Assembly (NCBI GenBank): GCA_047651235.1 | Contig: CP178758.1 | Coordinates: 1,440,001-1,472,000, forward strand | Origin: Candidatus Electrothrix yaqonensis | Lineage (GTDB): Bacteria; Desulfobacterota; Desulfobulbia; Desulfobulbales; Desulfobulbaceae | Direction: 5' to 3' | DNA length: 32,000 nt | Made by a program: the position numbers and the translations under genes | Notes under the pieces: model-generated | What the model saw: the letters and a program-made list of their open reading frames with translations, nothing else | The model's database searches: none | Told to the model about the DNA's origin: nothing | Part shown: positions 1 to 9,739 of the stretch, piece after piece | Numbering within the stretch: position 1 is the stretch's first letter | Layout of the letters: every line of letters starts with the position of its first letter

Positions 1-1
1 T

Positions 2-157
2 CTGGTTGTGGAAGAGGCCGGAGGTCGGGCCATCACCGATGACGGCCGCAATATCCTGGATATCGAACCCGTTGAACTGCATCAGCGGGTGCCGCTGATT
101 ATCGGCTCGCAGGATGAGGTGGAGCTGGCGGAAAAATATCTTACCGCGGCCGGGTGA
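2..157 (+). CDS. 3' end of an inositol monophosphatase/FBPase-family protein (5' part lies outside the window)
   Basis: The frame is open from the window edge to TGA at 155-157. The translation [20 protein letters not shown]... resembles the C-terminal xEAGGxxTDxxG motif of the IMPase family. Confidence 0.4.
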   Translation: MVVEEAGGRAITDDGRNILDIEPVELHQRVPLIIGSQDEVELAEKYLTAAG

Positions 158-223
158 GCCTGCGCTCTGTTCTTTTTTTCCCGTTTTTTCATGCTCTCAG
201 GAGCTTTGTTTATACACGGCAGT

Positions 224-261
224 CCTGCATTGAGATGATGATGGCATTACCTCAATGCAGG
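224..261. terminator. Hairpin between convergent genes, candidate bidirectional terminator
   Basis: A perfect 11-bp stem, CCTGCATTGAG (224-234) pairing with CTCAATGCAGG (251-261), encloses a 16-nt loop. It lies between the stop at 157 (+) and the mtaB stop at 301 (-), with T-rich sequence on both sides. Confidence 0.45.
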
Positions 262-300
262 GGCTTTCCTACCTTCTTTGTGGCTTGCGGCGGGATAGAA

Positions 301-1608
301 TCAGACTGCCTGTTCCCCGAAGACGGCTTTCTCCCGCAGCCGGACAAGCCGCACCGGCACCACGATTCCGGTCTGTCCGGCTGTCCCGCTGCACTGCACC
401 GGGATATAGTTTTCCGAAAAACCTTTGAACAGACCGGTCTTTTTATCCTGCCGTTCAAGCAGGACGAGCTGTTCCGTACAGAGATGCCGTTGGTAAAAGG
501 CTGTGCGCTTTTTCTGATCCAGCGTGCGCAGGTGGGCTACCCGCGCCTCCTTGACCGGGCCGGGCACCTGATCCGGAAACTCTGCCGCTGCAGTGCCGGG
601 CCGAATGGAATAGGGAAAGACATGCAGGTAGGTGACAGGCAGGTCGTCGAGCAGCCGGAAGCTGTTCTCTGCCGCCTGTTCGTCCTCTCCCGGAAATCCC
701 GCCAGAATGTCACAGCCGATGGCTGCATGGGGCAGGGCTGTATGAATTTTTTCGATGATCCGGGCAAAGAACTCGGTGCTGTACTTCCGGTTCATCCGGG
801 AGAGCACCCCGTTATCGCCGCTCTGCAGAGGAATGTGCAGATGGGGCATGAAATTGGCATAACCGATTATCAAATCCAGCAGGCGGTCGTTGACCTCGGT
901 CGGCTCCACTGAGCTGAGGCGGATGCGGAGGTTCGGGAATTCTCGGCATAAGGTCTCCAGCAGAGAATAGATACCCTGCCCTTCGTCCAGATCAAGGCCG
1001 TACTTGCCCACGTTAATCCCGGTGATAACCAGCTCCGGATAGCCCTCTTCGACAAAGACCCGGACCTGCTCCAGTACGTTTTTCAGGGGCAGACTGCGGC
1101 TGCGGCCTCTGGTATAGGGCACAATGCAGTAGGCGCAGAAGTTGTTGCAGCCGTCCTGAATGCGGAGATAGGCACGGGTTCGGCCGCTGAACCGGCGTAC
1201 CGGCAGGGGACAGATTTCCCTGGCCCTGCTGATGGCTGGCGGGACAGGGGAAGGCAGTTCTCCGCTCAACGCGGCCTGCACCACCTGATGCTTGCCGCTG
1301 TTGCCGATCACGGTCAGGGAACGGTCCGGTATCAGACCCGCCAGCTCCGTAGCTGATGCCTCGGCATAACAGCCGGTAACAATAAGCCGGACATCCGGGT
1401 TGGCCCGTGCGATTTTACGGATGAGCTGACGCGACTGCTGCCCTGCCCTGGCCGTGACAGCACAGGTGTTGATCACCACGATATCCGCTTCTTCTGCTGC
1501 AGAGACAACCGCGCAGTCCTGTTCCCGGAAACCGGTCAGAAAGGCGGCAGACTCGAACTGGTTGACCTTGCAGCCCAAGGTGGTGACAGCGACTTTCGGA
1601 GGGTTCAT
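301..1608 (-). CDS. mtaB: Radical-SAM methylthiotransferase, MtaB type (tRNA t6A37 methylthiotransferase)
   Basis: The 435-aa ORF has the N-terminal MTTase motif TLGCKVNQFES, the radical-SAM box CNNFCAYC and a TRAM-like C-terminus. A GCKVNQ-type N-terminus is typical of MtaB rather than MiaB or RimO. Confidence 0.85.
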   Translation of the reverse strand: MNPPKVAVTTLGCKVNQFESAAFLTGFREQDCAVVSAAEEADIVVINTCAVTARAGQQSRQLIRKIARANPDVRLIVTGCYAEASATELAGLIPDRSLTVIGNSGKHQVVQAALSGELPSPVPPAISRAREICPLPVRRFSGRTRAYLRIQDGCNNFCAYCIVPYTRGRSRSLPLKNVLEQVRVFVEEGYPELVITGINVGKYGLDLDEGQGIYSLLETLCREFPNLRIRLSSVEPTEVNDRLLDLIIGYANFMPHLHIPLQSGDNGVLSRMNRKYSTEFFARIIEKIHTALPHAAIGCDILAGFPGEDEQAAENSFRLLDDLPVTYLHVFPYSIRPGTAAAEFPDQVPGPVKEARVAHLRTLDQKKRTAFYQRHLCTEQLVLLERQDKKTGLFKGFSENYIPVQCSGTAGQTGIVVPVRLVRLREKAVFGEQAV

Positions 1609-2018
1609 TCAGTGCCCTGTCCCGTCCGGCGGGCCAGCAGCACATCAAAGTCCTTCCTCTTGGTTCCCCCTTCATATTTCCAGGCATAGCCCTGCTCGAT
1701 TATATGCTCATTGAGTGAGGTTTCATCACCGTCAGTATAGAGCACTCCCAGAACTCTGCCGTATTTTTCGTCGCCGAGATCGGTTCTGATAAGAATTTCT
1801 TTTGCTGCTGCAAGATGTTCCTTTAACCATTCTTTGGCTTCAAGGCCGAACTTCTTTTCTTTGAGATCTCTTGTCCGGCTTTCCGGAGTATCGACGCCTG
1901 ACAGCCGGATCCGTTTGGCAAGAGAAATATCAAAGCCGAGATCAATAATCACATCAACCGTGTCGCCGTCAACAACTTTACTGATCTTGCTTACTTTATA
2001 TACATACGGTTCTTTCAT
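1605..2018 (-). CDS. Staphylococcal-nuclease-like (thermonuclease family) protein
   Basis: The 137-aa ORF carries SNase motifs VDGDTVDV and IRLSGVDTPE. No signal peptide is evident. Its stop overlaps the mtaB start in an ATGA overlap at 1605-1608. Confidence 0.7.
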   Translation of the reverse strand: MKEPYVYKVSKISKVVDGDTVDVIIDLGFDISLAKRIRLSGVDTPESRTRDLKEKKFGLEAKEWLKEHLAAAKEILIRTDLGDEKYGRVLGVLYTDGDETSLNEHIIEQGYAWKYEGGTKRKDFDVLLARRTGQGTE

Positions 2019-2163
2019 TGCCTGTCCTTATTTTTTTTGTATTCGGTACATCCTGTAGGGATACCTTCCATGAATTTATACCAGAAAACCTGAAACGAAA
2101 AAGCTTAACTGTGAATTGGCGGCTGATCGGACGATATAAGGAATATCAAGAGCAAGAGGTGCA

Positions 2164-2685
2164 TTATTCCTTGACCGTCCAGATATCAGGTAATGCCCGA
2201 TAATGCTGGGCGCAGTCAATCCCGTAGCCGACGATGAACCCTTTGTCCAGCTGAAAACCGACATAATCCACCTGCACCTCGGTTGTCCGTCGTTCGTCTT
2301 TGTCGATCAGGGCGCAGACCCTGACTGAGTTCGCTGCATGCTGCGTTGTGAAATACTCACGCAACCAAGCTATGGTGGTGCCGCTGTCAACAACATCTTC
2401 TACCAGCAGGATATCCCTGCCTGCAAGATCGAGTTCCGGTTCTTTGCTCAACACCACTGATCCGCTTGTCTCTGTAGCATCACCGTAACTCGCCACCCGG
2501 ATGAAATCCACCTGCAGGTCCAGGTCCACCGCTCTGACCAGATCGGCAAGAAAGATGAAGGCCCCGTTGAGGATACCGATCAGAACGGGTTGTTTCCCGG
2601 TATAGTCCGAAGTCAGCTGCTGACCGAGAGTATTGACCCGCTCTGCAATCTGCTGCCGGTCAAAAACAATTTCTGCAAGGTTCAT
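2164..2685 (-). CDS. hpt: Hypoxanthine phosphoribosyltransferase
   Basis: The PRPP-binding motif ILLVEDVVDSGTT is present and the sequence looks like Hpt throughout. I chose the internal ATG at 2683-2685 (MNLAEIVF...) because a GGAGGC Shine-Dalgarno lies 5 nt upstream. The longer ORF reaching 2748 adds a non-conserved leader. Confidence 0.85.
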   Translation of the reverse strand: MNLAEIVFDRQQIAERVNTLGQQLTSDYTGKQPVLIGILNGAFIFLADLVRAVDLDLQVDFIRVASYGDATETSGSVVLSKEPELDLAGRDILLVEDVVDSGTTIAWLREYFTTQHAANSVRVCALIDKDERRTTEVQVDYVGFQLDKGFIVGYGIDCAQHYRALPDIWTVKE

Positions 2686-2766
2686 ATGTTGCCTCCAGGT
2701 ATTTTCACAAATAAATCCGTTCCAATGAAAAAACCGCAGCGATTTCACCGGAACACTCCTGAAATA

Positions 2767-3567
2767 TTACAGTACATCCGGAAACTGCGGTTTCAGCTTT
2801 CTGAAAATATATGCTCCGCCGGCAAAGACGCTCAAAGTGATAAACCAGTAATAAACCGTATGATAAGGATGGGTCCAGAAAGGCTGAAAGGTGATAAAAG
2901 AATCCCGGTAGCCCTGAATAATATAGTACACCGGATTGAGCTTCAGGAGCTGCTGTACTCTTGGAGACATCATGTTGATATCCCAGAAAATCGGCGTCAC
3001 CCAGAAGCCGACTTGAAGCGTTACGGCAACCAACTGGGCAGTATCCCGGACAAAAACATGCAGGGCGGACAGGGCCCAACCGATCCCCAGGGCAAGCACC
3101 AGCATACAGAACAGATAGTACAGCACCTGAATATAATACAGACTGAAGGGCATCTGCTGAAAGACCAGCAGGGCCAAGAGAACCAGCAGGAAGATGGCAT
3201 GGGTAACTAGGCTGGAGGCTATTTTGATCACCGGTAGGATCTGCGGCGAAAAGATCGTTTTCTTGACCAGATGGCTGTGGGCAATAATCACGTGGGTTGA
3301 GCCGCTGACAATTTCGGAAAAGATGTACCAGGGAGCAAGCCCGGCTGTGAGCCAGACAACAAAGGGAACATCGTTCAGCGGTCTGGCCTTGAAACCGACG
3401 CTGAAGACGAACCAGAAGACCGAAATCATCACAATGGGGTGAATCAGCGTCCACAGCAGACCGAGGGAGGAACCGACATACTGGGTCCGCACTTCTCTGG
3501 CTGCCATTGCGGTGATCAGCCTGCGTCGGTCATACAGCAGGCGCAGGAAAGAAAAAAGGCTGTTCAT
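2767..3567 (-). CDS. ABC-2 type polysaccharide/O-antigen export permease (Wzm/TagG/KpsM-like)
   Basis: The 266-aa multi-pass hydrophobic protein has the N-terminal signature RRLITAMAAREVRTQYVGSSLGLLWTLIHP, typical of ABC-2 permeases. Confidence 0.75.
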   Translation of the reverse strand: MNSLFSFLRLLYDRRRLITAMAAREVRTQYVGSSLGLLWTLIHPIVMISVFWFVFSVGFKARPLNDVPFVVWLTAGLAPWYIFSEIVSGSTHVIIAHSHLVKKTIFSPQILPVIKIASSLVTHAIFLLVLLALLVFQQMPFSLYYIQVLYYLFCMLVLALGIGWALSALHVFVRDTAQLVAVTLQVGFWVTPIFWDINMMSPRVQQLLKLNPVYYIIQGYRDSFITFQPFWTHPYHTVYYWFITLSVFAGGAYIFRKLKPQFPDVL

Positions 3568-3607
3568 AGCATCCGGAGAACGATTTCAGAGCTTGGTTTA
3601 ACTTGGA

Positions 3608-4570
3608 TTACTGTCTGATCCTGGTCCGGTTTTCCAGAAACCAGGCATAGGTATCTGCCACGCCCTGCCGCAGGGTGATGCGGCTTTTCCAGCCTAAGGA
3701 AGACAGTCGGGATATGTCCAGCAGTTTGCGGGGTGTTCCGTCCGGCATGTTTGTATCATAGCGGACAGCTCCCTGAAATTCCACGATCTCGGCGACTAAG
3801 GCAGCCAGTTCGGCAATGCTGATTTCCTGGCCTGATCCCACGTTGACGATCTCCGGTTCATCATACTCTTCCATCAGAAACAGACAGGCCGCAGCAAGGT
3901 CATCCACATGGAGAAATTCCCTTTTCGGTGTCCCTGTTCCCCAAATTTTTACCTCCGGCAGAGCATTGCTCTTTGCCTCATGAAATTTCCGGATCATGGC
4001 CGGCAGGACATGGGAGGTCTGCAGATCAAAGTTATCCCCTGGTCCGTACAGGTTGGTGGGCATCAGGCTGATGGCATTGAATCCGTGCTGTTTCCGGTAT
4101 GCCTGACACATCTTGATGCCGGCGATCTTGGCCACAGCATACCATTCGTTGGTCGGCTCCAGCTCTCCGGTGAGCAGATGCTCCTCCTTCATGGGCTGGG
4201 GCGCGAATTTCGGATAGATACAGGAAGAACCGAGAAAAAGGAGCTTGCTTGTGCCGCAGCGGCAGGCGGCATCAATACTATTTGTCTGGATCAGGAGGTT
4301 GTCGCGGATAAAATCAGCCGGACTGCTGTCGTTGGCATGAATTCCGCCGACCTTTGCCGCAGCAAGAAAAACATATGCAGGCCGGTTATCGGCAAAAAAA
4401 CGATGAACAGCCGCCTGATCGGTCAGGTCCAGTTCGGCATGGGTTCTGGTCAGGAGGTTGCTGCAGCCTCTCTGTTCAAGGGCCCGGCAGATTGCAGACC
4501 CGACCAGTCCCCTGTGCCCGGCAACGTAGATCGCTGCGTTTTGACACGATGCGGAAAAATCAGTGGACAT
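3608..4570 (-). CDS. fcl: GDP-L-fucose synthase (GDP-4-keto-6-deoxymannose epimerase/reductase)
   Basis: Fcl-like motifs run through the whole protein: [12 protein letters not shown] (Rossmann), [43 protein letters not shown] and REFLHVDD. The start is placed at the internal ATG (MSTDF...) at 4568-4570. Confidence 0.9.
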   Translation of the reverse strand: MSTDFSASCQNAAIYVAGHRGLVGSAICRALEQRGCSNLLTRTHAELDLTDQAAVHRFFADNRPAYVFLAAAKVGGIHANDSSPADFIRDNLLIQTNSIDAACRCGTSKLLFLGSSCIYPKFAPQPMKEEHLLTGELEPTNEWYAVAKIAGIKMCQAYRKQHGFNAISLMPTNLYGPGDNFDLQTSHVLPAMIRKFHEAKSNALPEVKIWGTGTPKREFLHVDDLAAACLFLMEEYDEPEIVNVGSGQEISIAELAALVAEIVEFQGAVRYDTNMPDGTPRKLLDISRLSSLGWKSRITLRQGVADTYAWFLENRTRIRQ

Positions 4571-4880
4571 TTGCGGTGTTCTTTTCCGGTTGCAGAATTG
4601 AGTAATCCTGTGTCGAGGCAATAAGTTCCAGCTCAAGGCCAATGATGATCTTTTTGTTTTTTTGAGTTGCCTTTATCTCTCATCTATCATTGTGTCCGGC
4701 AGGAGCTTTACCCTATATCATGCAATGCAACTATAGCCTGAATACGGAAAAATGCATCAACCTTTTCTGTTTTCCGCATTCCTGCTTCTCCGTACACCGG
4801 AGCCTTTTATCGTGCTGCAGCACTCCTGCTTTTTTCACTGCCGTCTTCAACAAAAAGCAGTGCTGATCCGTTCTTCCTTC

Positions 4881-4909
4881 TTGACAGCGGGAGGAAAAAT
4901 AATTATTAA
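4881..4909 (+). promoter_or_regulatory. Candidate sigma-70 promoter for the NifX-like gene
   Basis: TTGACA (4881-4886), a 17-nt spacer, then TATTAA (4904-4909), about 70 nt upstream of the ATG at 4981. Confidence 0.4.
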
Positions 4910-4922
4910 ACGGGTATAAGAG

Positions 4923-4938
4923 TGTGCATATGCTCACA
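4923..4938. promoter_or_regulatory. CRP/FNR-type palindrome just downstream of the candidate -10
   Basis: TGTGCATATGCTCACA has the form TGTGc-N6-TCACA (9 of 10 matches to TGTGA-N6-TCACA) with a perfect GCATATGC core. Its position suggests an operator overlapping the transcription start. Confidence 0.3.
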
Positions 4939-4980
4939 TCGATAAAAAATTATCACAAATAAACAGGAGTAACGGTTATT

Positions 4981-5379
4981 ATGAATTCTTCACTTGTTCT
5001 TGCAGTTCCTTCAAATACCCCCGGCGGGCTTGATGCCGGAATTTCCGAGCATTTCGGTCACTGCGATCTATTCACCCTGATCAAAATCCAGGGGGGAAAT
5101 ATAGCCTCTGTTGAAACTGTGGCCAATGTGGAACACGGGACAGGCGGCTGCATGGAGCCTGTCATGTTATTAAAAAATCAGGGCGTCCAGGCAGTTGTTG
5201 TCGGCGGCATGGGAGCACGTCCCATGCAGGCCTTTGCTGATGTTAATATTGATGTCTATTATGCAGCAAAAGACAGCCTAGAAAACGTACAGGCGGCTGT
5301 CGATGGTGTCCTAGAAGGCAATTTCCCGGTGATGCGGCCGGAACAGACCTGTCAGGGTGCGGGCAGCTGCCATCACTGA
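4981..5379 (+). CDS. NifB/NifX-family (dinitrogenase FeMo-cofactor-binding domain) protein
   Basis: The 132-aa ORF has an AGGAG Shine-Dalgarno upstream. Motifs HFGHCDLF and VVVGGMGARP are typical of the small NifX/NifB-like domain family. Confidence 0.75.
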   Translation: MNSSLVLAVPSNTPGGLDAGISEHFGHCDLFTLIKIQGGNIASVETVANVEHGTGGCMEPVMLLKNQGVQAVVVGGMGARPMQAFADVNIDVYYAAKDSLENVQAAVDGVLEGNFPVMRPEQTCQGAGSCHH

Positions 5380-5445
5380 TCAGCTCCGCCGGGCTGCTTC
5401 TTCGTCTTCGTTTTTCCAGGACGTGCTTCGGGGTAACAAGTCAGG

Positions 5446-5474
5446 TTGCAAAGAGGTAATTTATGATATATAGT
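5446..5474 (+). promoter_or_regulatory. Candidate sigma-70 promoter for the DUF134 gene, embedded in an inverted repeat
   Basis: TTGCAA (5446-5451), a 17-nt spacer, then TATAGT (5469-5474). The promoter is bracketed by imperfect inverted-repeat arms CGGGGTA..AGGTTGCAAAGAG (5429-5455) and CTCTTCTGCAACCT..TACCCCG (5479-5503). Confidence 0.35.
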
Positions 5475-5511
5475 ACGCTCTCTTCTGCAACCTCTGTACC
5501 CCGAAAATACT

Positions 5512-5799
5512 ATGTCTCCACGCCGTAAAAAAAAACGTTGCTGTGAAGGTCAGTTCTGTGGACAGTCCTTCAAACCGGTCGGGATTCCGCTGCGCGGGTT
5601 GGAACAGATCGTTCTGTACCGTGACGAGCTGGAGGCTCTCAAACTCTGTGATTTTGAAGGACTAATTCAGCAGGAGGCCGGTGACCGAATGGGCGTCTCA
5701 CGCGGGACTGTTCAGCGCCTCCTCACAACCGCCCGCCGCAAGGTCGCAGAGGCTCTAGTTTCCGGCAAAGCTCTTATTTTTGCTGAAGATGAACCATAA
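5512..5799 (+). CDS. DUF134-family putative DNA-binding protein
   Basis: The 95-aa ORF has a basic, Cys-containing N-terminus (PRRKKKRCC), the FKPxGIP motif, and a sigma-70-region-4-like HTH (QQEAGDRMGVSRGTVQRLLTTARRK). DUF134 genes commonly sit beside NifX-like genes. Confidence 0.75.
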   Translation: MSPRRKKKRCCEGQFCGQSFKPVGIPLRGLEQIVLYRDELEALKLCDFEGLIQQEAGDRMGVSRGTVQRLLTTARRKVAEALVSGKALIFAEDEP

Positions 5800-5924
5800 C
5801 AATAACGGGTGATACGGGTGATTTCGGCTGCTCTATTCCGAATTATTCCGAAAAACCAGGAAACGGGATATCTTTTCCACATTCTCCAGGAGCGGTTGAG
5901 CCGAGCCGGGTATAAAACGGCCGG

Positions 5925-7037
5925 TCATCTTGTCTGAAAGCGCCGCATCCGAATATTCATCAGAATGCCGAGGGCAACCAGAGTGGTCATCAGGGAGGAA
6001 CCGCCGTAGCTGAACAGCGGCAGCGGAATGCCGACCACCGGCAGCATCCCCATAATCATGAACAGATTGATGACAGCCTGCCAGAAAATGAGCATAACTA
6101 GGCCGAAGGCAAGATAGACCCCGAACTTGTCGCGGGCGGTCAGGGCAATATTGATCCCCCAGAGGAGCATGAGAAAAAAGCAGATCAGAAAAAACAGGGA
6201 GCCAACAAAACCCAATTCCTCGCACCAGACGGCAAAGGCAAAATCCGTATGCCGTTCCGGCAGAAAGTTGAGATGCCCCTGCGTCCCTTCCATAAATCCC
6301 TTCCCGAATGCCTGGCCGCTTCCTACAGCAATCTTGGACTGCTGAATCTGATAACCGTGATTCATCGGATCACTTTCCGGATTGAGAAAGGTTTCAATCC
6401 GGCGCCGCTGATAGTCCTTGAGCCCGTATTTCCAGCCCAACAGAGCAGCACCGATTCCTGTACTGCCGAGAAGGGTTATAGTAGACCAACGCAGACAGGC
6501 AAATACGGTCATGGACACGAACAGAATTCCCAGCATCAGTGCTGTTCCCAGATCAGGCTGAATGACAATCAGAATAAAGGGAACAGCGGTCAGACAGGCA
6601 GGCCGGATAATATCGCGCAGCCGATAGCCGTTCTCCACGTATTCATTGCCGGAATAACAGCTCGCCAGAACCAGAACAAGAATGAGTTTTGCTGGTTCCG
6701 AAGGCTGCAGCCGCAGAAATCCCAGATCGATCCAGCGCTGGGTGCCGGCAATGGAATCAACAAACAGATTGGTGTACAGCAGCAGCAGGCAGACAGCACC
6801 GTATCCCAGATAGGCCAGCATTTCCAGCTCGATGTAGTCGATACTAATAAGCAGCAGAATCAGGGCATAGCCGAACAGAAAAAAATACAGCTGCTTGTAA
6901 AAAACCGAAGAGGGAGAGGGGCCGCCGTTCCAGGTTGCGCTGAACAGACTGATCAGGGACATTGCCGAGATAACGGCTAACAGCACCAGCATGACCCAGT
7001 CGAAATTATGCGCAAGACGTCTGTCAAAACGAAGCAT
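5925..7037 (-). CDS. rodA: Rod-shape-determining SEDS protein RodA
   Basis: The 370-aa polytopic FtsW/RodA/SpoVE-family protein carries the motifs QPSEPAKL, PDLGTAL and PLPLFSYGGSS. It lies directly downstream of mrdA. Confidence 0.9.
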   Translation of the reverse strand: MLRFDRRLAHNFDWVMLVLLAVISAMSLISLFSATWNGGPSPSSVFYKQLYFFLFGYALILLLISIDYIELEMLAYLGYGAVCLLLLYTNLFVDSIAGTQRWIDLGFLRLQPSEPAKLILVLVLASCYSGNEYVENGYRLRDIIRPACLTAVPFILIVIQPDLGTALMLGILFVSMTVFACLRWSTITLLGSTGIGAALLGWKYGLKDYQRRRIETFLNPESDPMNHGYQIQQSKIAVGSGQAFGKGFMEGTQGHLNFLPERHTDFAFAVWCEELGFVGSLFFLICFFLMLLWGINIALTARDKFGVYLAFGLVMLIFWQAVINLFMIMGMLPVVGIPLPLFSYGGSSLMTTLVALGILMNIRMRRFQTR

Positions 7038-7130
7038 AAGCAGCTCTCAGCAGGAAAAACAAGAGAATTTCATCCGGGATAAAAAACTAACGTATGATGC
7101 ATGCCCGCAGAAGACTATACGATAATACGT

Positions 7131-9143
7131 TCAGTCTGCAAGCTCTCCCGGTACGGTGTGAACATGCGCAGTATTTGTATTATTCGTATCCGCAATACTG
7201 TTGTCAAACAGGACCACCGAGCTTACCGGCTCTCCCGCACGGTCGCCGAAATACTTTGCCAGCACAGCTTTGGCAATAGGGGCTGCTGCAGAACCGCCGT
7301 GCAGCCCGTGCTCCACCAGCACAGTTACCGCAATCTCCGGCTGTTCTGCAGGGGCAAAACAGGTAAACCAGGCATGGTCACGGTATTTATACGGGATATC
7401 TTCTTCCTTCAGGTGTTTATACTGTTTCAGGCGGACAACCTGGGCAGTGCCGGTTTTTCCGGCAACTGTGATATTTTTAAGCCGTGCCCGGCGACCTGTA
7501 CCGTGACGGCCGTTCACCGCCTCGACCAGACTTTCCCTGACGATTGCCAGATTACGGCCCTGATCTTCAAAATGATCCAGCACAGTCGGCTGAAACTGTT
7601 CAAGAACATGTCCGTCCGGATCACGGACCATTTCAATCATTCCAGGTTGGTACAGCACACCGCCGTTGGACACGGTCGCTGTCATAAGCGCCAGCTGAAG
7701 AGGGGTGACCAGATTGAATCCCTGCCCGATGGCGACAGACAGGGTCTCCCCTTCCTGCCATGGTTTGTTATACCGCCTTTTTTTCCATTCCGAAGTCGGG
7801 ATGAGACCGCTTTTTTCATGCTCCATCTCCACCCCTGTCTTTCTGCCCAGACCGAGACGGACGGCATAGCTGGCAATCCTGTTGACCCCTAAACGCTGTC
7901 CCACTTGGTAAAAAAACACATCACAGGATTCCGACAGAGCACGTTTCAGGTTTACCGCTCCATGACCTCTTTTTTTCCAGCACCGGTAGGTCCGATTGCC
8001 GAACCGGTAATGACCGGGGCAGTACACTGAACTGTCCGGGGTAACCACCCCTTCCGCAAGCCCGGCTATGGCCGTGACGATCTTGTAGGTCGAGGCAGGC
8101 GGATACTGGCCCTGAACAATTTTATTGATCAGCGGATGATGGGGATTGGCAAGCATTTCCTTCCAGTCTTTTGTGGATATTCCCCCGAGAAATTTATCAA
8201 GCTCCAAGACCGGGGAACTGGTCAGCACCAGCAGGCGACCGGTATTCACTTCAATAGCGACAACGGCACCGGCCTTGTCTCCCTCCATCATCAGCTCTTC
8301 AGCTGCACGCTGCAGATCAACGTCAATGGTGAGCTGTAGATCGTTACCGGGGAGCGGCTCAACTCCTTTCAGATTGCGCTGTTCAAACCCGAGGGCGTTG
8401 ACCTCCATATAGTGCCGCCCTTTTTCACCGCGTAGATCCTGTTCCCGTAACTTTTCAAGCCCCATCTTGCCGATCATGTCACCGGCCCGGTACACGTCAT
8501 CAGGCGCCTGTTCAAGCTCTTTCTTATTGATTTCTCCGAGATAGCCGATGATATGCGAGGCCATATTCCCGTAATGGTACACTCGCTGCGGCACCACCTC
8601 AATCTTGATACCAGGCAGTTCCATCCGGTTGTTTTCAATGTAGGCGACCTTATCCCAGTCAAGGTCTTCGGCAAGGCGGATGGGAATATGCCCTGGTGTA
8701 CCGACCATCTTCCGGGTTCTGGCCAGCAGCTCCGACATCTCTACATCGAGAATCGAGGCAATTTTTCTGATCAGCTCATCATCAACTCGGTTTCCCTCCC
8801 GCACCCAGACCACGTTAAACGACGGACGGTTGGTGACAATCTCCCGTGCCTTCCGATCCAGAATATTGCCGCGCGGGGCAGCGATTTCAAGATACCGCAC
8901 CCGGTTGCTCCGGGCAAGCCGGGTATATTTTTCTCCTTCCTGAATCTGCAGATACCAAAGTCTGGCAACAAGAACGGCAAAAAAGAAAACCACAAGAACC
9001 GAAGAATACATGGCCCGACGGCGATAAAAATCAAGTTCACCATCGTTGATATGGGTGATTCTCGTTCCTCCGAGATTACGGCGGCGCTCGATATCCCGGT
9101 CCGCAACAACCCTTCTTCTGTTGGGATACCTGATATTTTTCAT
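7131..9143 (-). CDS. mrdA: Penicillin-binding protein 2 (elongasome transpeptidase)
   Basis: The 670-aa protein has one N-terminal TM helix, a PBP dimerisation domain and the transpeptidase motifs STYK, SxN-like and KTGTA. Its start overlaps the mreD stop. Confidence 0.9.
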   Translation of the reverse strand: MKNIRYPNRRRVVADRDIERRRNLGGTRITHINDGELDFYRRRAMYSSVLVVFFFAVLVARLWYLQIQEGEKYTRLARSNRVRYLEIAAPRGNILDRKAREIVTNRPSFNVVWVREGNRVDDELIRKIASILDVEMSELLARTRKMVGTPGHIPIRLAEDLDWDKVAYIENNRMELPGIKIEVVPQRVYHYGNMASHIIGYLGEINKKELEQAPDDVYRAGDMIGKMGLEKLREQDLRGEKGRHYMEVNALGFEQRNLKGVEPLPGNDLQLTIDVDLQRAAEELMMEGDKAGAVVAIEVNTGRLLVLTSSPVLELDKFLGGISTKDWKEMLANPHHPLINKIVQGQYPPASTYKIVTAIAGLAEGVVTPDSSVYCPGHYRFGNRTYRCWKKRGHGAVNLKRALSESCDVFFYQVGQRLGVNRIASYAVRLGLGRKTGVEMEHEKSGLIPTSEWKKRRYNKPWQEGETLSVAIGQGFNLVTPLQLALMTATVSNGGVLYQPGMIEMVRDPDGHVLEQFQPTVLDHFEDQGRNLAIVRESLVEAVNGRHGTGRRARLKNITVAGKTGTAQVVRLKQYKHLKEEDIPYKYRDHAWFTCFAPAEQPEIAVTVLVEHGLHGGSAAAPIAKAVLAKYFGDRAGEPVSSVVLFDNSIADTNNTNTAHVHTVPGELAD

Positions 9144-9688
9144 GACCGCCCTGCATGCTGCCGGAACTGATTACCGGGCCGACGGTTCACCCGGAGAGAA
9201 GATATTCTGCCCCGACAACGCCGGTCAAGAAAGGCAAAAAAACGGAACAGCGGAAAAGAGCACAGATATATCAGTACGGTCCGGAACAGGACAGATATCC
9301 ATTGCCAGTCCGCAACAGTCTTCGGCTGAAGAAAATCAAGCAGCAGAAAAAGAACCCAAGTAACCAAAAGATAACTGCATGCAATCAGAGGAATCTGATA
9401 CAGGGACTGGCGGACCGGCATTCTGGCGGCCATCAGTTTGAGCAGAAAATAACCGCTGTAGCAGATTGCCGGATACATACCGAGCACGGTTCCGGAATAG
9501 ATATCAAGAACAGTACCGATAGGCAGCAGGATGATAATTCCCTGAAAAAAACTGACATGATAGGCAAGATATCCGACCAGGATATAATACAGATCCGGGG
9601 AGGCCGTCCACAGAGGAGAAGGCATGAACAGCGTGGTCTGGGCAACAACAAGCAGCAGGCCTGTTATAATAAAGATAAACGTCAGCAT
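9140..9688 (-). CDS. mreD: Rod-shape-determining protein MreD
   Basis: This small multi-pass membrane protein sits between mreC and mrdA, and its 4-nt overlap with the mrdA start suggests translational coupling. The call rests mainly on position and topology. Confidence 0.7.
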   Translation of the reverse strand: MLTFIFIITGLLLVVAQTTLFMPSPLWTASPDLYYILVGYLAYHVSFFQGIIILLPIGTVLDIYSGTVLGMYPAICYSGYFLLKLMAARMPVRQSLYQIPLIACSYLLVTWVLFLLLDFLQPKTVADWQWISVLFRTVLIYLCSFPLFRFFAFLDRRCRGRISSLRVNRRPGNQFRQHAGRS

Positions 9689-9739
9689 GGATTGCGGAAG
9701 GGAAAGTACATCCGATGAAGCGGCACAGCGGACAGTCTG

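Noticed and set aside
154-912. 252-aa plus-strand ORF
   Set aside because: It is entirely antisense to the well-supported mtaB gene and has no recognisable motifs, so it is a shadow ORF in GC-rich coding sequence.
2705-3454. 249-aa minus-strand ORF overlapping the ABC-2 permease in another frame
   Set aside because: The permease frame carries the family motifs and a membrane topology. The alternative frame is a Pro/Ser/Cys-rich artefact.
6249-7892. Long plus-strand ORFs (243 aa and 263 aa) opposite rodA and mrdA
   Set aside because: They are antisense shadows of strongly supported genes, and their translations are low-complexity.
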